Source: a virus
Taxonomy: Duplodnaviria; Caudoviricetes
Length of the DNA: 64,000 nucleotides
Reading direction: 5' to 3' (one strand)
IMG/VR virus record: IMGVR_UViG_3300032319_000936
Coordinates: 1 to 64,000 of that record
The translations under genes were made by a program, and so were the position numbers. Numbering within the stretch: position 1 is the stretch's first letter; each line of letters begins with the position of its first letter. Under the pieces are notes generated by a model. It did not search any database. It saw only the letters and a list, made by a program, of their open reading frames with translations, and was not told where the DNA came from. Positions 39,691 to 49,182 of the stretch are shown in pieces.

Positions 39691-40104
39691 TTAATTAACT
39701 CCGGAGTTTCCCTGATACTTTTCAAAATGAAAAACTATGGGTGCTAGGTCCTCTTTAACAAGTCCATATTTCTTGGCCATCTTATACTGAGTGTTTCTCT
39801 CGTTTAGATGTTTCATGTAACCGAGAATAGCTTTTCTAAATTCCTCTAAACTAAAATCGTGCTTGTTAATATTGCACTGAGCACAGGCAGGGAATTGGTT
39901 ATCAATGTGCATCCTTTCGGGGTGACGCATTGGGTTAGTTTTGCTTTGCACGTGTTTACCCTTGCCACGATCGTAATAATAATTCCTTCTAACAGGCATC
40001 ACTTCATCCACGTGCCATCCCCTTTCAGGAAGATCCTCCCCGCAGTAGGCACACTTGCCACCAAACTTATTCTTGATAATTTCCCTGTCCTTCTTGCTCG
40101 CCAT
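39691..40104 (-). CDS. HNH endonuclease family protein
   Basis: GKCAYCG...WHVDE...PACAQCNINK (the usual DH reads DE). Confidence 0.8.
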   Translation of the reverse strand: MASKKDREIIKNKFGGKCAYCGEDLPERGWHVDEVMPVRRNYYYDRGKGKHVQSKTNPMRHPERMHIDNQFPACAQCNINKHDFSLEEFRKAILGYMKHLNERNTQYKMAKKYGLVKEDLAPIVFHFEKYQGNSGVN

Positions 40105-40106
40105 GC

Positions 40107-40832
40107 TTACTTATCTAAAACTTCTTTTTTATAATAAGCATCAAATCCTTTTAGCATCTGAGTGATGTTAATGTCCTTGGTTCTTCCTACCACCTCGTCG
40201 ATCAATCCAAATTCCAAAGCCTCGTCTGAAGTGTACCATCTGTCTCTTCTTGAGAATTCTAAAACCTCTTCGAATGTTTTTCCTGAGTTCTTAGCTAGCA
40301 TCTTGAATAGGATGTAGTTGTACTTCTCCGCTTCCATTTGGTCGATTCTAGTGTCCTGCACGTTGCCATGTGTGCCGTGGCTAACCTGGTGCGTCATAAC
40401 CTTAGAATGTATAAGAGAAGATCTCTTTCCTTTCGTTCCTGATGATAGGAGGATGGATCCCATGGAGGCACACATCCCGATATTTGTTGTTGCCACATCG
40501 GACTTAATGTAGTTCATTAAATCGACTATACCCAACCCATGAAGGACAGAGCCTCCTGGGGAATTAATATACAAAGTAATGTCCTTGTTGTCAACCGAGT
40601 CTAAGAATAACAATTGGGCCTGAACTATATCAGACATTCTGTCATCAACCTCTCCAGAGACCCAGAGGATTCTCTCCATCATTAATCGGGAGAAGATGTC
40701 CATTTGAGTTGCTCTCATTTCTCTCTCCTCTAGAATATATGGGGTTAAAGAATTTTGGAAGCTGTCCAACGTCATGGAAGCTATACCGTTCGATCTTGCG
40801 AATTTTCTAAAATCTGTTCCTAGTTTATTCAT
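40107..40832 (-). CDS. clpP: Clp protease proteolytic subunit
   Basis: DIFSRL, YINSPGGSV, CASMGS, MTHQ, RDRW. Confidence 0.95.
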   Translation of the reverse strand: MNKLGTDFRKFARSNGIASMTLDSFQNSLTPYILEEREMRATQMDIFSRLMMERILWVSGEVDDRMSDIVQAQLLFLDSVDNKDITLYINSPGGSVLHGLGIVDLMNYIKSDVATTNIGMCASMGSILLSSGTKGKRSSLIHSKVMTHQVSHGTHGNVQDTRIDQMEAEKYNYILFKMLAKNSGKTFEEVLEFSRRDRWYTSDEALEFGLIDEVVGRTKDINITQMLKGFDAYYKKEVLDK

Positions 40833-40841
40833 ATTTGTTTA

Positions 40842-41309
40842 TTAAGCCAATTTAAAATTTTTCAAAAAAGATCGGAGCCAAATAATACGGTCAGCTTCTT
40901 TTTCTGTCTCAGCGAACTTCATTTTCCATTCATAATAGGGTCCTATCATTTCAGGTCCATCAAAATCTGGCCAAGCCTCTTTGTCAAATACTCGATCATC
41001 TACCAGGAAAACGAATGCTGTGAGCTGGTCGCCCAGGTCGGGTTCGCTAAATTCGCCAACAGGGATACCTTGCTCTATCATTTCGGTGAGGTAAAGATTA
41101 AGGGTTCCTTCTTTTAGCCTAGTGTTGTTAGTGGTTCCACCATTTAGAATAATGAAGGTCTTATCATTTTTGGCCCACTGCTGGTATTCCTCGTCACGGA
41201 AATGATCGTTTGCATATTCAACTACTGCATGGCCAAATTGAATTCCCTTTTGAATACCCGATAGCTGGTAGTTAACCATACCGTACATCCTGTAATTTCT
41301 GTTTGTCAT
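40842..41309 (-). CDS. peptidyl-tRNA hydrolase 2-like protein
   Basis: IQFGHA ... FSEPDL..QLTA pattern of phage PTH2-like proteins. Confidence 0.55.
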   Translation of the reverse strand: MTNRNYRMYGMVNYQLSGIQKGIQFGHAVVEYANDHFRDEEYQQWAKNDKTFIILNGGTTNNTRLKEGTLNLYLTEMIEQGIPVGEFSEPDLGDQLTAFVFLVDDRVFDKEAWPDFDGPEMIGPYYEWKMKFAETEKEADRIIWLRSFLKNFKLA

Positions 41310-41344
41310 ATCTATTGTATTGTATTTGTACCGGAATTATCCGT

Positions 41345-42541
41345 TTATTTAGAATAAAATTTTCTTCTGATGTCTACCAGGATGCCATGAACTAAACCTG
41401 GATCCACAGAGTCGGGAAGATTTGAGTCAGCAAAGACTGAATCAAGATCTCTGATCATTTTCTCGGACTCGTCAATCAGAGTTTTCAAATCAACCTCTCC
41501 CCTTCTTATGGCCAATAGATCCTGCGCATTCGGTCTTCTAACTAGGATGCCTTCACCCCTACCAATTTCAATCGACATTTCCAGGAGTCTCTTGCAGTGC
41601 ATCATATTCTTACCGTCGATTTTCTGTCCATGTGATTCAACATCCACCCATCTTTGTTCGTTTCTGTTAGTTAACCACTCCTGATAAGAGTTGTAATCTT
41701 TACAGTGCATGGTGTAGCCGTCCTTATTGTAAATGATGTTACAAATAGGTGTTTCAATCCTAGGAATAGAAGAGAGACGTAACTGGTTTGATTCAGCTGC
41801 ATTTGCGCCTTCCCCAGTTTTTACGAGACCTTTGTACCCCAAACCCATTGGTTTACCAGATTCTTTAACCCTTGTCTTATTCAATTCTTTGTGTTCATCA
41901 GCAAGTTTATCTGAAAAGCATGAGTAAGCATCACCATCAAAATAAACAGCATAGACATCTCTAGCATTGGGTACGTTTACAACGCCACAGAACTTTTCAT
42001 CGTAACCTTTGAATTCATTCCATTCTTTCCAAGGTATAGACCTTTCTCTTTCGATTACATAGCAAAAATCCAAAACATCCTTACGGGTAACCTTCTCCTT
42101 CTCCCAGTTCTGCTTCTTGTCTTGACCCCTGGCTTTCTTGATCTGCTGAATTGCATAACCTCCAAATGAGTTTGCACAAACCTTGGAGATGAATTCGTTC
42201 TTTCTTTCTAGGATGGCATCGAAGATTGGGTCCTTATAAATAATGCAGTCCTCGGGTGTGTTAAGAAGTTCCAATATCGTTGGATTGTTGGAAGCAGTGA
42301 GCTGCAGAAATCTTTTGATCTCATAGAACACGGTGTCATTCTTGGAGTCGTTGATCTGCTCTTTATATGCGGTTCCGTAGATATCAGATTCCGTCTGGAT
42401 ATAAACACCAGCATAATCCGTATCTGAAGTTGGTGTTGCAGTTCCATATGCTTGTGATCCTCTAATCACAATAAGAAGAGGTTTAGCCCCTGGACATTTC
42501 TCCTCTATAAAATCCTCAAATTGTTTTTTCAATTCTTTCAT
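41345..42541 (-). CDS. DNA pol beta-like nucleotidyltransferase
   Basis: GSQAYG..TPTSDTDY.GV, NNP.ILE, K...H..RLL. Confidence 0.85.
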   Translation of the reverse strand: MKELKKQFEDFIEEKCPGAKPLLIVIRGSQAYGTATPTSDTDYAGVYIQTESDIYGTAYKEQINDSKNDTVFYEIKRFLQLTASNNPTILELLNTPEDCIIYKDPIFDAILERKNEFISKVCANSFGGYAIQQIKKARGQDKKQNWEKEKVTRKDVLDFCYVIERERSIPWKEWNEFKGYDEKFCGVVNVPNARDVYAVYFDGDAYSCFSDKLADEHKELNKTRVKESGKPMGLGYKGLVKTGEGANAAESNQLRLSSIPRIETPICNIIYNKDGYTMHCKDYNSYQEWLTNRNEQRWVDVESHGQKIDGKNMMHCKRLLEMSIEIGRGEGILVRRPNAQDLLAIRRGEVDLKTLIDESEKMIRDLDSVFADSNLPDSVDPGLVHGILVDIRRKFYSK

Positions 42542-42580
42542 GTCGCAATAATAATTAAATAAGCCGCGGTAACAACGATT

Positions 42581-43105
42581 TTACTTCTGAAATTCATATA
42601 CCTCGTGTTGATCCAAAGGAACTCTTGGCTCGGATGAAATAAGATTAAAATTCTTGCACTGTCTCAGGATGTACTCGGAATGGTCTAGATTTTTTTCATT
42701 GACAAATCCCAGAGTCAAATGAAAGGCAAAGTACGGTTCTCTAGTAAGCCCAATAGATTCTCTAATTGACTCTGCTTCTGGACAGTGAACTCTAAGCCAC
42801 CAGTGTTCCCCGTTTGATCTCGGCTCAATCTCGTAGTAGAAGTCTATCTCCCTGTCATGGAACATTGCAGCAACTTCGTCCCAATTAGCCGGATCGAACC
42901 TATCTGCTATGAATGAGATATGTGATCCCCTTAGAGTCTTGTTTAACTTAAGTCCAAATCTTGTTTCTATAAACCAAGCATAATATCTCTCTAGATCACA
43001 AGATGTCTCAATCAGAGCATGAACTTTCCATGAAGCCTGTGCCTCGTGTTTCCTTGTTTTTTTCTCAGGAAAGAAATTTAATTTACCCCTAGCCTTGATT
43101 ACCAT
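42581..43105 (-). CDS. 2H phosphoesterase family protein
   Basis: Two Hx(S/T) motifs: HISF and HLTL. Confidence 0.65.
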   Translation of the reverse strand: MVIKARGKLNFFPEKKTRKHEAQASWKVHALIETSCDLERYYAWFIETRFGLKLNKTLRGSHISFIADRFDPANWDEVAAMFHDREIDFYYEIEPRSNGEHWWLRVHCPEAESIRESIGLTREPYFAFHLTLGFVNEKNLDHSEYILRQCKNFNLISSEPRVPLDQHEVYEFQK

Positions 43106-43109
43106 AGTG

Positions 43110-43132
43110 CAAAGATAAACAAAAAACCCGTA
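43110..43132 (-). promoter_or_regulatory. TACGGG-N9-TATCTTTG promoter
   Basis: Bacteroidota -7 element plus fixed-distance upstream box; 8 copies in window. Confidence 0.7.
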
Positions 43133-43149
43133 GAAACTCTACGGGTTTT
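43123..43149. terminator. terminator hairpin overlapping promoter box
   Basis: AAAACCCGTAG-AAACT-CTACGGGTTTT. Confidence 0.75.
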
Positions 43150-43168
43150 ATGGAATGCTTATCTAAAT

Positions 43169-43471
43169 TTAATTATTTACTTTTTTATATGTGAAATATA
43201 CTATACTGTCACCAATCTGATAGTGGTGTCTAGTTTTAATTACAGATCCGTCATCCAAAGTGACGTCGTACATTAGATTTATCTCCTCGTGGACACCAAC
43301 CGGACGATGTACATCTACGTTAGCTACTCCCTTTACCATTCTTTCTTTCGTCACTATATTTTCATCCGATTTTGATGCGAGTATAAAGATGACGCAAATT
43401 GTGAAAAGCACGATAAGTATACCGGCTATCGTGGCTAATTCATTTCTTTTATTTTCAGACGTTTGTTCCAT
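43169..43471 (-). CDS. membrane-anchored hypothetical protein
   Basis: N-terminal hydrophobic helix. Confidence 0.7.
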   Translation of the reverse strand: MEQTSENKRNELATIAGILIVLFTICVIFILASKSDENIVTKERMVKGVANVDVHRPVGVHEEINLMYDVTLDDGSVIKTRHHYQIGDSIVYFTYKKVNN

Positions 43472-43500
43472 TTGTAATTTTTTAGTAAATGTATATCATG

Positions 43501-43698
43501 TTATTGCCATTTAAAAGGATTAGCTGAATCTATCTGATCTTTTATTCCGATAAACCCGAACATTAATATTCCCATAATTAAAGCTAATCCTGCAACCAAA
43601 TAAGATAGAGGATTCCACGGGTTAAACCTTCTTACCCTTCTATTCTTCAGAGTTCTTTTCTCCTGGATGATCCAGGCCAATTTTAATAATTTTCTCAT
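43501..43698 (-). CDS. small membrane protein
   Basis: Single TM segment. Confidence 0.6.
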   Translation of the reverse strand: MRKLLKLAWIIQEKRTLKNRRVRRFNPWNPLSYLVAGLALIMGILMFGFIGIKDQIDSANPFKWQ

Positions 43699-43759
43699 TT
43701 TCTTTATTTTTCTAAATAAAATTCTATAACTCCTTGCACTTTTTCCTGTGTGAATTATT

Positions 43760-44494
43760 TTAATGTTTAAAAGATGGCTCCAAATGTAATCCGTTTTTAA
43801 ATATCATTTTCATAAGTCCTGGAATATGAGATTCCATATCATTTAATAATTTAAGAGATTCTATAGTGTCATGCTTAAACATTTTAAATAATTCTTCTCT
43901 TATTCTTTCTCCGGAAACAGTACTTTCTAATTTTTCAAGAATACCTGGCTGTTTAATAGCTTCTAAAATTGATGGATCTATAATAAATCCTTTAGTGATA
44001 GAAAATCTCCAACTCCTCAAGATTCTTAATGGATCGTCCATCATTGTAATTCTAGGATCTAATGGAGTTTTCAATATTTTTGATTTAAGATCGTCTACAC
44101 CACCAAATAAATCTATTAGATTCCCATCTTCGTCCTCGGCCATAGCATTGAGGGTAAAGTCTCTTCGGATAAGGTCATCTTCTAGTGTTCCAAGAGCCAA
44201 GATAGGCTTTCTTGTTCCCTCGAAGTATCCTATTTCTTTTCTAGCCATTACAAAGTCAGCTACAAGCTTTTCATTCTCGCTACCCTTTGGAAACTTAGCT
44301 CTTATAGTGAAGCAATCCGGAGTGGAAAGGAATATCTCGAATCCTTCTCTCGTCATCCATTCGGTCATCTCCTGGAATCCTTCTTCAACTGTCTTATCGA
44401 GTTCATCTAGAACAAACGTGAAGTCTATGTCCTTAGAGTGAACACCTAATAGCTTATCCCTAACCGAGCCACCCACTTTAAATATCTTTGGCAT
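43760..44494 (-). CDS. tRNA nucleotidyltransferase (CCA-adding/PolyA_pol class II), short form
   Basis: VGGSVRD, DIDF, DLIRRDFTLNAM, DDPLRILR, SGERIREEL. Confidence 0.9.
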   Translation of the reverse strand: MPKIFKVGGSVRDKLLGVHSKDIDFTFVLDELDKTVEEGFQEMTEWMTREGFEIFLSTPDCFTIRAKFPKGSENEKLVADFVMARKEIGYFEGTRKPILALGTLEDDLIRRDFTLNAMAEDEDGNLIDLFGGVDDLKSKILKTPLDPRITMMDDPLRILRSWRFSITKGFIIDPSILEAIKQPGILEKLESTVSGERIREELFKMFKHDTIESLKLLNDMESHIPGLMKMIFKNGLHLEPSFKH

Positions 44495-44523
44495 TTTCTT
44501 TTGTTTAATAGATCAAATGTAAA

Positions 44524-45114
44524 TCAATCTTCCGTAGGTGTTCCGATAGGTTCTGATACTTCTTTATCAGCAAGTTGTTTTTCTATGTAGTCTGCAATTG
44601 TCATAATTGCATCGTCGCCAATCCACCAGTGCTCCTTCCCGTTAATGGTCACTGAGAAGTCTCCATCGGTTGGATCAAGAACAACTGCATTGAACTCGAT
44701 GACTGGATTGTGTCTCCCCTTATTATCTTTCTCTAGTCTTTCCAACATTTCGGTCATCACCCTAGATTTGCGTACCCCTGGAAGTTTTTTATCCGCCCTC
44801 TCCTCCTCTCGCTTTCTCCATGCAAGTACTTTATCGTGATTATAGTACTCTGTAGTTACCCCAGATTGACCATGGGTTACGATAAGGTTAAGATCAGACC
44901 AGTCAGTTACCTTCTTCCAGTTGTTTAGAATATATGACTTGGCTATGTTAGCAATATGATCCATTGCTGCCATGTGCTTACGATACTCTTCCATGTAGTT
45001 TTTTTCCACATAGAAAATACTCTCCTTATACGCATTTTCAAAATCATCCTCTGTCATAAAACAGGGTGTGAAAAGTCCTCCGATTGTGTTTTCCATTTCT
45101 ACCATTTTTTCCAA
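44524..45114 (-). CDS. hypothetical protein
   Basis: ORF in operon. Confidence 0.7.
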   Translation of the reverse strand: MEKMVEMENTIGGLFTPCFMTEDDFENAYKESIFYVEKNYMEEYRKHMAAMDHIANIAKSYILNNWKKVTDWSDLNLIVTHGQSGVTTEYYNHDKVLAWRKREEERADKKLPGVRKSRVMTEMLERLEKDNKGRHNPVIEFNAVVLDPTDGDFSVTINGKEHWWIGDDAIMTIADYIEKQLADKEVSEPIGTPTED

Positions 45115-45365
45115 TCTGTTAAATCTAATTCTTCATCTGTGCACTCGTCCTTCACCGTCTTAATTGTTCCTAATCCAGTTGGTGTAAACATAAAAGTCCA
45201 TCTTTCTCCAGCTGCTGTCGTAGCTGGATTTTTTTTCTTCTGTTCTACACTCCATTCCTCAAATTTTATTATCTCCTCTGGATCTAGTTCAAATTTATAC
45301 ATCCCCTTATAAATTGAATAATTTTCTCCATAGTGGTTTTTTTCCAATCCTAAGATTCTCCGCAT
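45099..45365 (-). CDS. hypothetical protein
   Basis: ORF in operon; true start may be downstream. Confidence 0.65.
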   Translation of the reverse strand: MRRILGLEKNHYGENYSIYKGMYKFELDPEEIIKFEEWSVEQKKKNPATTAAGERWTFMFTPTGLGTIKTVKDECTDEELDLTDWKKW

Positions 45366-46200
45366 AATAGAACACGCTTGGGTTATTTCCTACCCCGATA
45401 ATAGCATGTCTAGAAACTAGAAGGCATTTGTGGGCTCTTACCATTTCATCAGCTACCTTAAGGAATTCGTTTTTGTGTTCGCAATAATAAACGCCCGGCT
45501 CTTGCTCTAGAGGTGTTCTGCCAATAACAATTTGCTCAGAATTCCACGGATCTATATTTGATATGTAGATTTCTATATTGGGTAGGTGACCAACTAATGT
45601 ATATCCTGTTGTCGACATCGAATCTCTTGATCCAGCAAAGACATAACGCGGGTCATTTTGGATTTCTGTTAATATCAATCGGCTCACTATTGCAAAGTTA
45701 GCTTGACCCAGATGTCCATCTGCTCCGATGCGATTTGATAGAACAAGCAATCTGGATGCTATTGATTCGGAGTAGTTCGGTAAACTTGTCTTAAACACTT
45801 TCTCGATCCATTTGAGCCAATTTGATTTCTTTGACTCTGCATTTACAGTTCCTAATTCAACATACTTTCGGTACAAACTCTTTTCAATTCCAAGACGCAT
45901 TTCATTACATAATGTGGGATAAAGTTCTTCAATAATATTTATATTATGGTAGGTTAGTATATCATTGAGCTGTTCATCTGACACCTCCGACGATACTCGA
46001 AATTCCTCAGCCTGTACATGTCTTGTAAACATTTTTAGATCTAGTCTAGACATAGGAAAATCTTCCGAGCTTGTTTCCATCTGGTTTTCTGTCTGCGTAA
46101 AATCCATATAGAAGATAGCTGCTGTTGGATTAGGCATAGTAAGGCGTAGTGCTGTATTGATTAGGCCACCCTCCATTTTTACATTTTGTGATTCTTTCAT
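45307..46200 (-). CDS. degenerate T4 gp23-like major capsid protein paralogue
   Basis: MPNPTAAIFYMDF, EQLNDILTYHNINIIEEL...NEMRLGIEK, GQANFAIVS, VG.L..I..Y resemble gp23 core segments. Confidence 0.6.
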   Translation of the reverse strand: MKESQNVKMEGGLINTALRLTMPNPTAAIFYMDFTQTENQMETSSEDFPMSRLDLKMFTRHVQAEEFRVSSEVSDEQLNDILTYHNINIIEELYPTLCNEMRLGIEKSLYRKYVELGTVNAESKKSNWLKWIEKVFKTSLPNYSESIASRLLVLSNRIGADGHLGQANFAIVSRLILTEIQNDPRYVFAGSRDSMSTTGYTLVGHLPNIEIYISNIDPWNSEQIVIGRTPLEQEPGVYYCEHKNEFLKVADEMVRAHKCLLVSRHAIIGVGNNPSVFYYAENLRIGKKPLWRKLFNL

Positions 46201-46228
46201 TTTTTTATTTGTTTATTGTTTTATTTAT

Positions 46229-47863
46229 TTAGATATTAGATTGAACTCTCTGACGAATAGTTGCTAGATCTGTGGTGTTGTGGAATTCGCCGTTCAGGTA
46301 GATCTCTTGAAGTAGGCCTGTCTTTTCTGTTGCCCATTGAACTTTATCATATAGACCGATCTTTCCATCATGCTCTTCCACGCAAAGTAATCCAGTTGCA
46401 GATTTCTTAGTTCCGTCATCTGTGATAGGGTCTTTAAAGATCTCCCGACCTTCTGTTGCAGAAGCTGGACTTCCCGATTCAGCTGAATGTATAATTTCAA
46501 CATAGGTTGCTTTCATTGCAAAGCCAAATGTGTCACGAGTGTTGTATTGGTAAGTGAATGAACCTATACCTAATACTACGTTGGTAGAAGCAAATCCTTT
46601 AGCAGCAAGCCTTTCGCAAATTTCATTGGCACGGTCGATAGTAATTGAGTCGCCATAGATTGCTCCAATATGGGAGTCAAGAACTTTGTAACCTTGTTCG
46701 TTTATAGTACCTCCGAAAACATCCCATAGTAATTCAATAACACCTTTTCTAGATGGTTCTACCGCAATCTGAATCGCTTTACATTGATCAGTTCCCACCA
46801 CTTCGACTAGCTTAAAAGTTTCGCCTTTACTGTTTTGATAAACCGCAGTATTTAATGCTCGGCCTTGTCTAGAAAAAACTAATCCATCTACTAAGCTTTC
46901 ATCATAGAACGTGTCGTATTCTCTACCGGTCCCACAAAGAATGTCAACTGGATCTCCAGAGTCAGGACGAATAACCAGTTTACCTTCACGAGCAAGAATT
47001 TCTTCTTTCAAGGTAACAATGTGCTTAGTGCACACGTCCCAGATATTCCATGTATCTGAAACCACGCTTAGTATTCCCTTTGGGTACATCCCTAATAATC
47101 TAAGGAATGTAGCAACCTCATCTTCTTTGCCCCCCGCCGCCATTACCGAATGCTCAGTTGCAGGAACAGAGCCAGCAACAAATCCTTCCGCTCCATAGTA
47201 CTTACGAGCTCCGTAGATTGCAGGAAGTGAATCAGATCCTGAGAAGGATGTCAAGTGACCCAAGCCAGATGAAATGACTGCTTCAGCGGAGTCCATACCT
47301 CGCATAGAGAAGTCATGTCCTTGCCAGTCTATGAACCATGCATTCGACGGGTCTGTCTTTCTCATCCAGCCAGTAAGAACCTTGCGGTATTGGTGAGCAA
47401 TCGTAGCGGAGGTCATCGGTTTCCATAACAAGTTAGAAAGGATTGTCTCTAAATAGTTGGTTAACCAATAGAAGTCCGGATGCGTGTTATAGATCGTAAG
47501 AACTGGAACCTTAATAGGAACCATTGTTCCTTCAGGAAGAGATTTAACCGCGATTGGTAAGTAGCCGAGATCATGTAGCTTTTCAAAGTGGGTCACATCA
47601 TAGTCCATACCCAAATACATGGAGAGTTCTTCCCTCATCTGTCCGCAAACTACCTCTTTAGGTTGTGAGAAGAAATCCTTTTGGAATGCTTCGTGGATCT
47701 GTTGCATTACCATTTGTTGTCCAAACGATACTACGTGATCACAACCTTTAGGAGCATACCTGTTTGAACGAGGTGTGAAATTTGAATACACCAAAGTTGT
47801 TCCCTCTGGATACATTTTGTTGTGGCCAGTTTTATAGCCGTCGGTTAAAAATAATGGATTCAT
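46229..47863 (-). CDS. nicotinamide phosphoribosyltransferase-like protein (Nampt/Namat)
   Basis: TDGYK.GH, HDFSMRG, VPATEHSVM, SVVSDT, VIRPDSGDP, IYGDSIT, TRDTFGFAMK. Confidence 0.93.
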   Translation of the reverse strand: MNPLFLTDGYKTGHNKMYPEGTTLVYSNFTPRSNRYAPKGCDHVVSFGQQMVMQQIHEAFQKDFFSQPKEVVCGQMREELSMYLGMDYDVTHFEKLHDLGYLPIAVKSLPEGTMVPIKVPVLTIYNTHPDFYWLTNYLETILSNLLWKPMTSATIAHQYRKVLTGWMRKTDPSNAWFIDWQGHDFSMRGMDSAEAVISSGLGHLTSFSGSDSLPAIYGARKYYGAEGFVAGSVPATEHSVMAAGGKEDEVATFLRLLGMYPKGILSVVSDTWNIWDVCTKHIVTLKEEILAREGKLVIRPDSGDPVDILCGTGREYDTFYDESLVDGLVFSRQGRALNTAVYQNSKGETFKLVEVVGTDQCKAIQIAVEPSRKGVIELLWDVFGGTINEQGYKVLDSHIGAIYGDSITIDRANEICERLAAKGFASTNVVLGIGSFTYQYNTRDTFGFAMKATYVEIIHSAESGSPASATEGREIFKDPITDDGTKKSATGLLCVEEHDGKIGLYDKVQWATEKTGLLQEIYLNGEFHNTTDLATIRQRVQSNI

Positions 47864-47928
47864 GTTTTTTTAATTATAGTGCAAAAATAAAAAAGGATCT
47901 CGTAGGATCCTTGAAGTTAATTGAATTT

Positions 47929-48420
47929 TTATCTCGTTAGCCAATTCCTATTAGCGGAAACCACATGTATCTTTGTCATTAAAGCTCCCCATGCTTCCTC
48001 CAGATCGTTGAACATTGGAATATCGTATCTTGTGCAGAAGATCTCTACGTTTCCCTTTCTCCAAAATCCATCGGGACAGCAAACTATCATTTTACCTGAA
48101 CTGCCATAGGAGCCAAGCTCTAAAAGAGAAATTGGACTCTGCGTCCCTGGTGAGAAGTACATGAAGACGATGTCTGCTTTATCTAAGGAATCCATCTCCC
48201 AGTTTACCTGGTAGTTGAACTGCGGGTTCTTTTGTTCTTGTTTCCAGGATGAATCCCAATCATCTCTTCTGGGATTAAGGAACGTAATAGGGAAGTCCTT
48301 GAAGTTTTCGGTCATTCTGGTTTGCCAATCCTCACATTGACCCATCTCAATTGAGCCCGCGCAGAAAACTGATAAGCCTTCTATGATTTGATCGTTTGAG
48401 TTTGGTTTAATTACTTTCAT
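47929..48420 (-). CDS. nucleoside 2-deoxyribosyltransferase-like protein
   Basis: FCAGSI, NPRR..W, QVNWE, SPISLLELG. Confidence 0.85.
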   Translation of the reverse strand: MKVIKPNSNDQIIEGLSVFCAGSIEMGQCEDWQTRMTENFKDFPITFLNPRRDDWDSSWKQEQKNPQFNYQVNWEMDSLDKADIVFMYFSPGTQSPISLLELGSYGSSGKMIVCCPDGFWRKGNVEIFCTRYDIPMFNDLEEAWGALMTKIHVVSANRNWLTR

Positions 48421-48425
48421 TTTTT

Positions 48426-48779
48426 TTATTTTAAGAATTCGCTTTCGTTTACATCGTACTCCATATACTCGATTGGTATATCGTGATCCCTTGCTATAGA
48501 CATCTCCTCTTCTACACCTCTGGATTTATCCCAGCCTTCCATTTTAACAACAAGAAGTTTATCACACTTATATAGAATCTGAGCGCAGAAGTTCTGCCAG
48601 AACTGCCAATCCGATGGCATCTTTTTGAAATCCAATAGGGTGTGACCGTATGTTATTGGCGAAATAGCAACGTGTCCCTCTGAGACAAGCTTAGCCGCTA
48701 CTCTACTTATCTTTCTAAAGTTCTCCTCCACCACTGCTGGATCGGTGTGACTGTATGGTGATGCTAGATATATTACCAT
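48426..48779 (-). CDS. DUF1937 / NDT-like protein
   Basis: IYLASPYS, SPI..GH, GWDKS.GV.EE. Confidence 0.8.
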   Translation of the reverse strand: MVIYLASPYSHTDPAVVEENFRKISRVAAKLVSEGHVAISPITYGHTLLDFKKMPSDWQFWQNFCAQILYKCDKLLVVKMEGWDKSRGVEEEMSIARDHDIPIEYMEYDVNESEFLK

Positions 48780-48780
48780 T

Positions 48781-49182
48781 TTAATAAGTTACCGTTTCAA
48801 ATCTTTTCTTCGACTTCTCCCTTAATGCGGAAACCCAGTTGTAAGCCTCTGTGTTACTATCGAAGTCTTTTGTTACCGTGTATTCGTGTTCGAGATAAAC
48901 AGTGACATGAGACTTATTGTAAACAGTTTTAGTCAATTCGTCCACTAGATAGTCGCTATCCGTTAATTCCTTAGCGCTGTTAGCGTAAGCATCATAGCAG
49001 CTACCTTCGAACCACTCATAATAGCATCCATTACTATAATAGCCTTCTGCGTGCCATGCGTTTCTTTTGATCAATCCAAAGAAGAAAGTCTTTTGCTTTC
49101 TAGGTAACCATCTGTAACTGGTTTTAGTAATACCCCTTAATTCAATACCGATAATTCGGCTTATGTCAAAGTGTTGCTCCAT
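48781..49182 (-). CDS. hypothetical protein
   Basis: ORF in operon. Confidence 0.7.
   Translation of the reverse strand: MEQHFDISRIIGIELRGITKTSYRWLPRKQKTFFFGLIKRNAWHAEGYYSNGCYYEWFEGSCYDAYANSAKELTDSDYLVDELTKTVYNKSHVTVYLEHEYTVTKDFDSNTEAYNWVSALREKSKKRFETVTY

Noticed and set aside
39691-40104. HNH gene as a mobile intron/homing element
   Set aside because: It is free-standing, does not interrupt a gene, and has no visible intron structure.
43866-44441. Long antisense ORFs opposite recognised genes (also 20818..21264, 23581..23958)
   Set aside because: They fully overlap motif-bearing genes on the other strand and have low-information Ser/Ile/Phe-rich translations.
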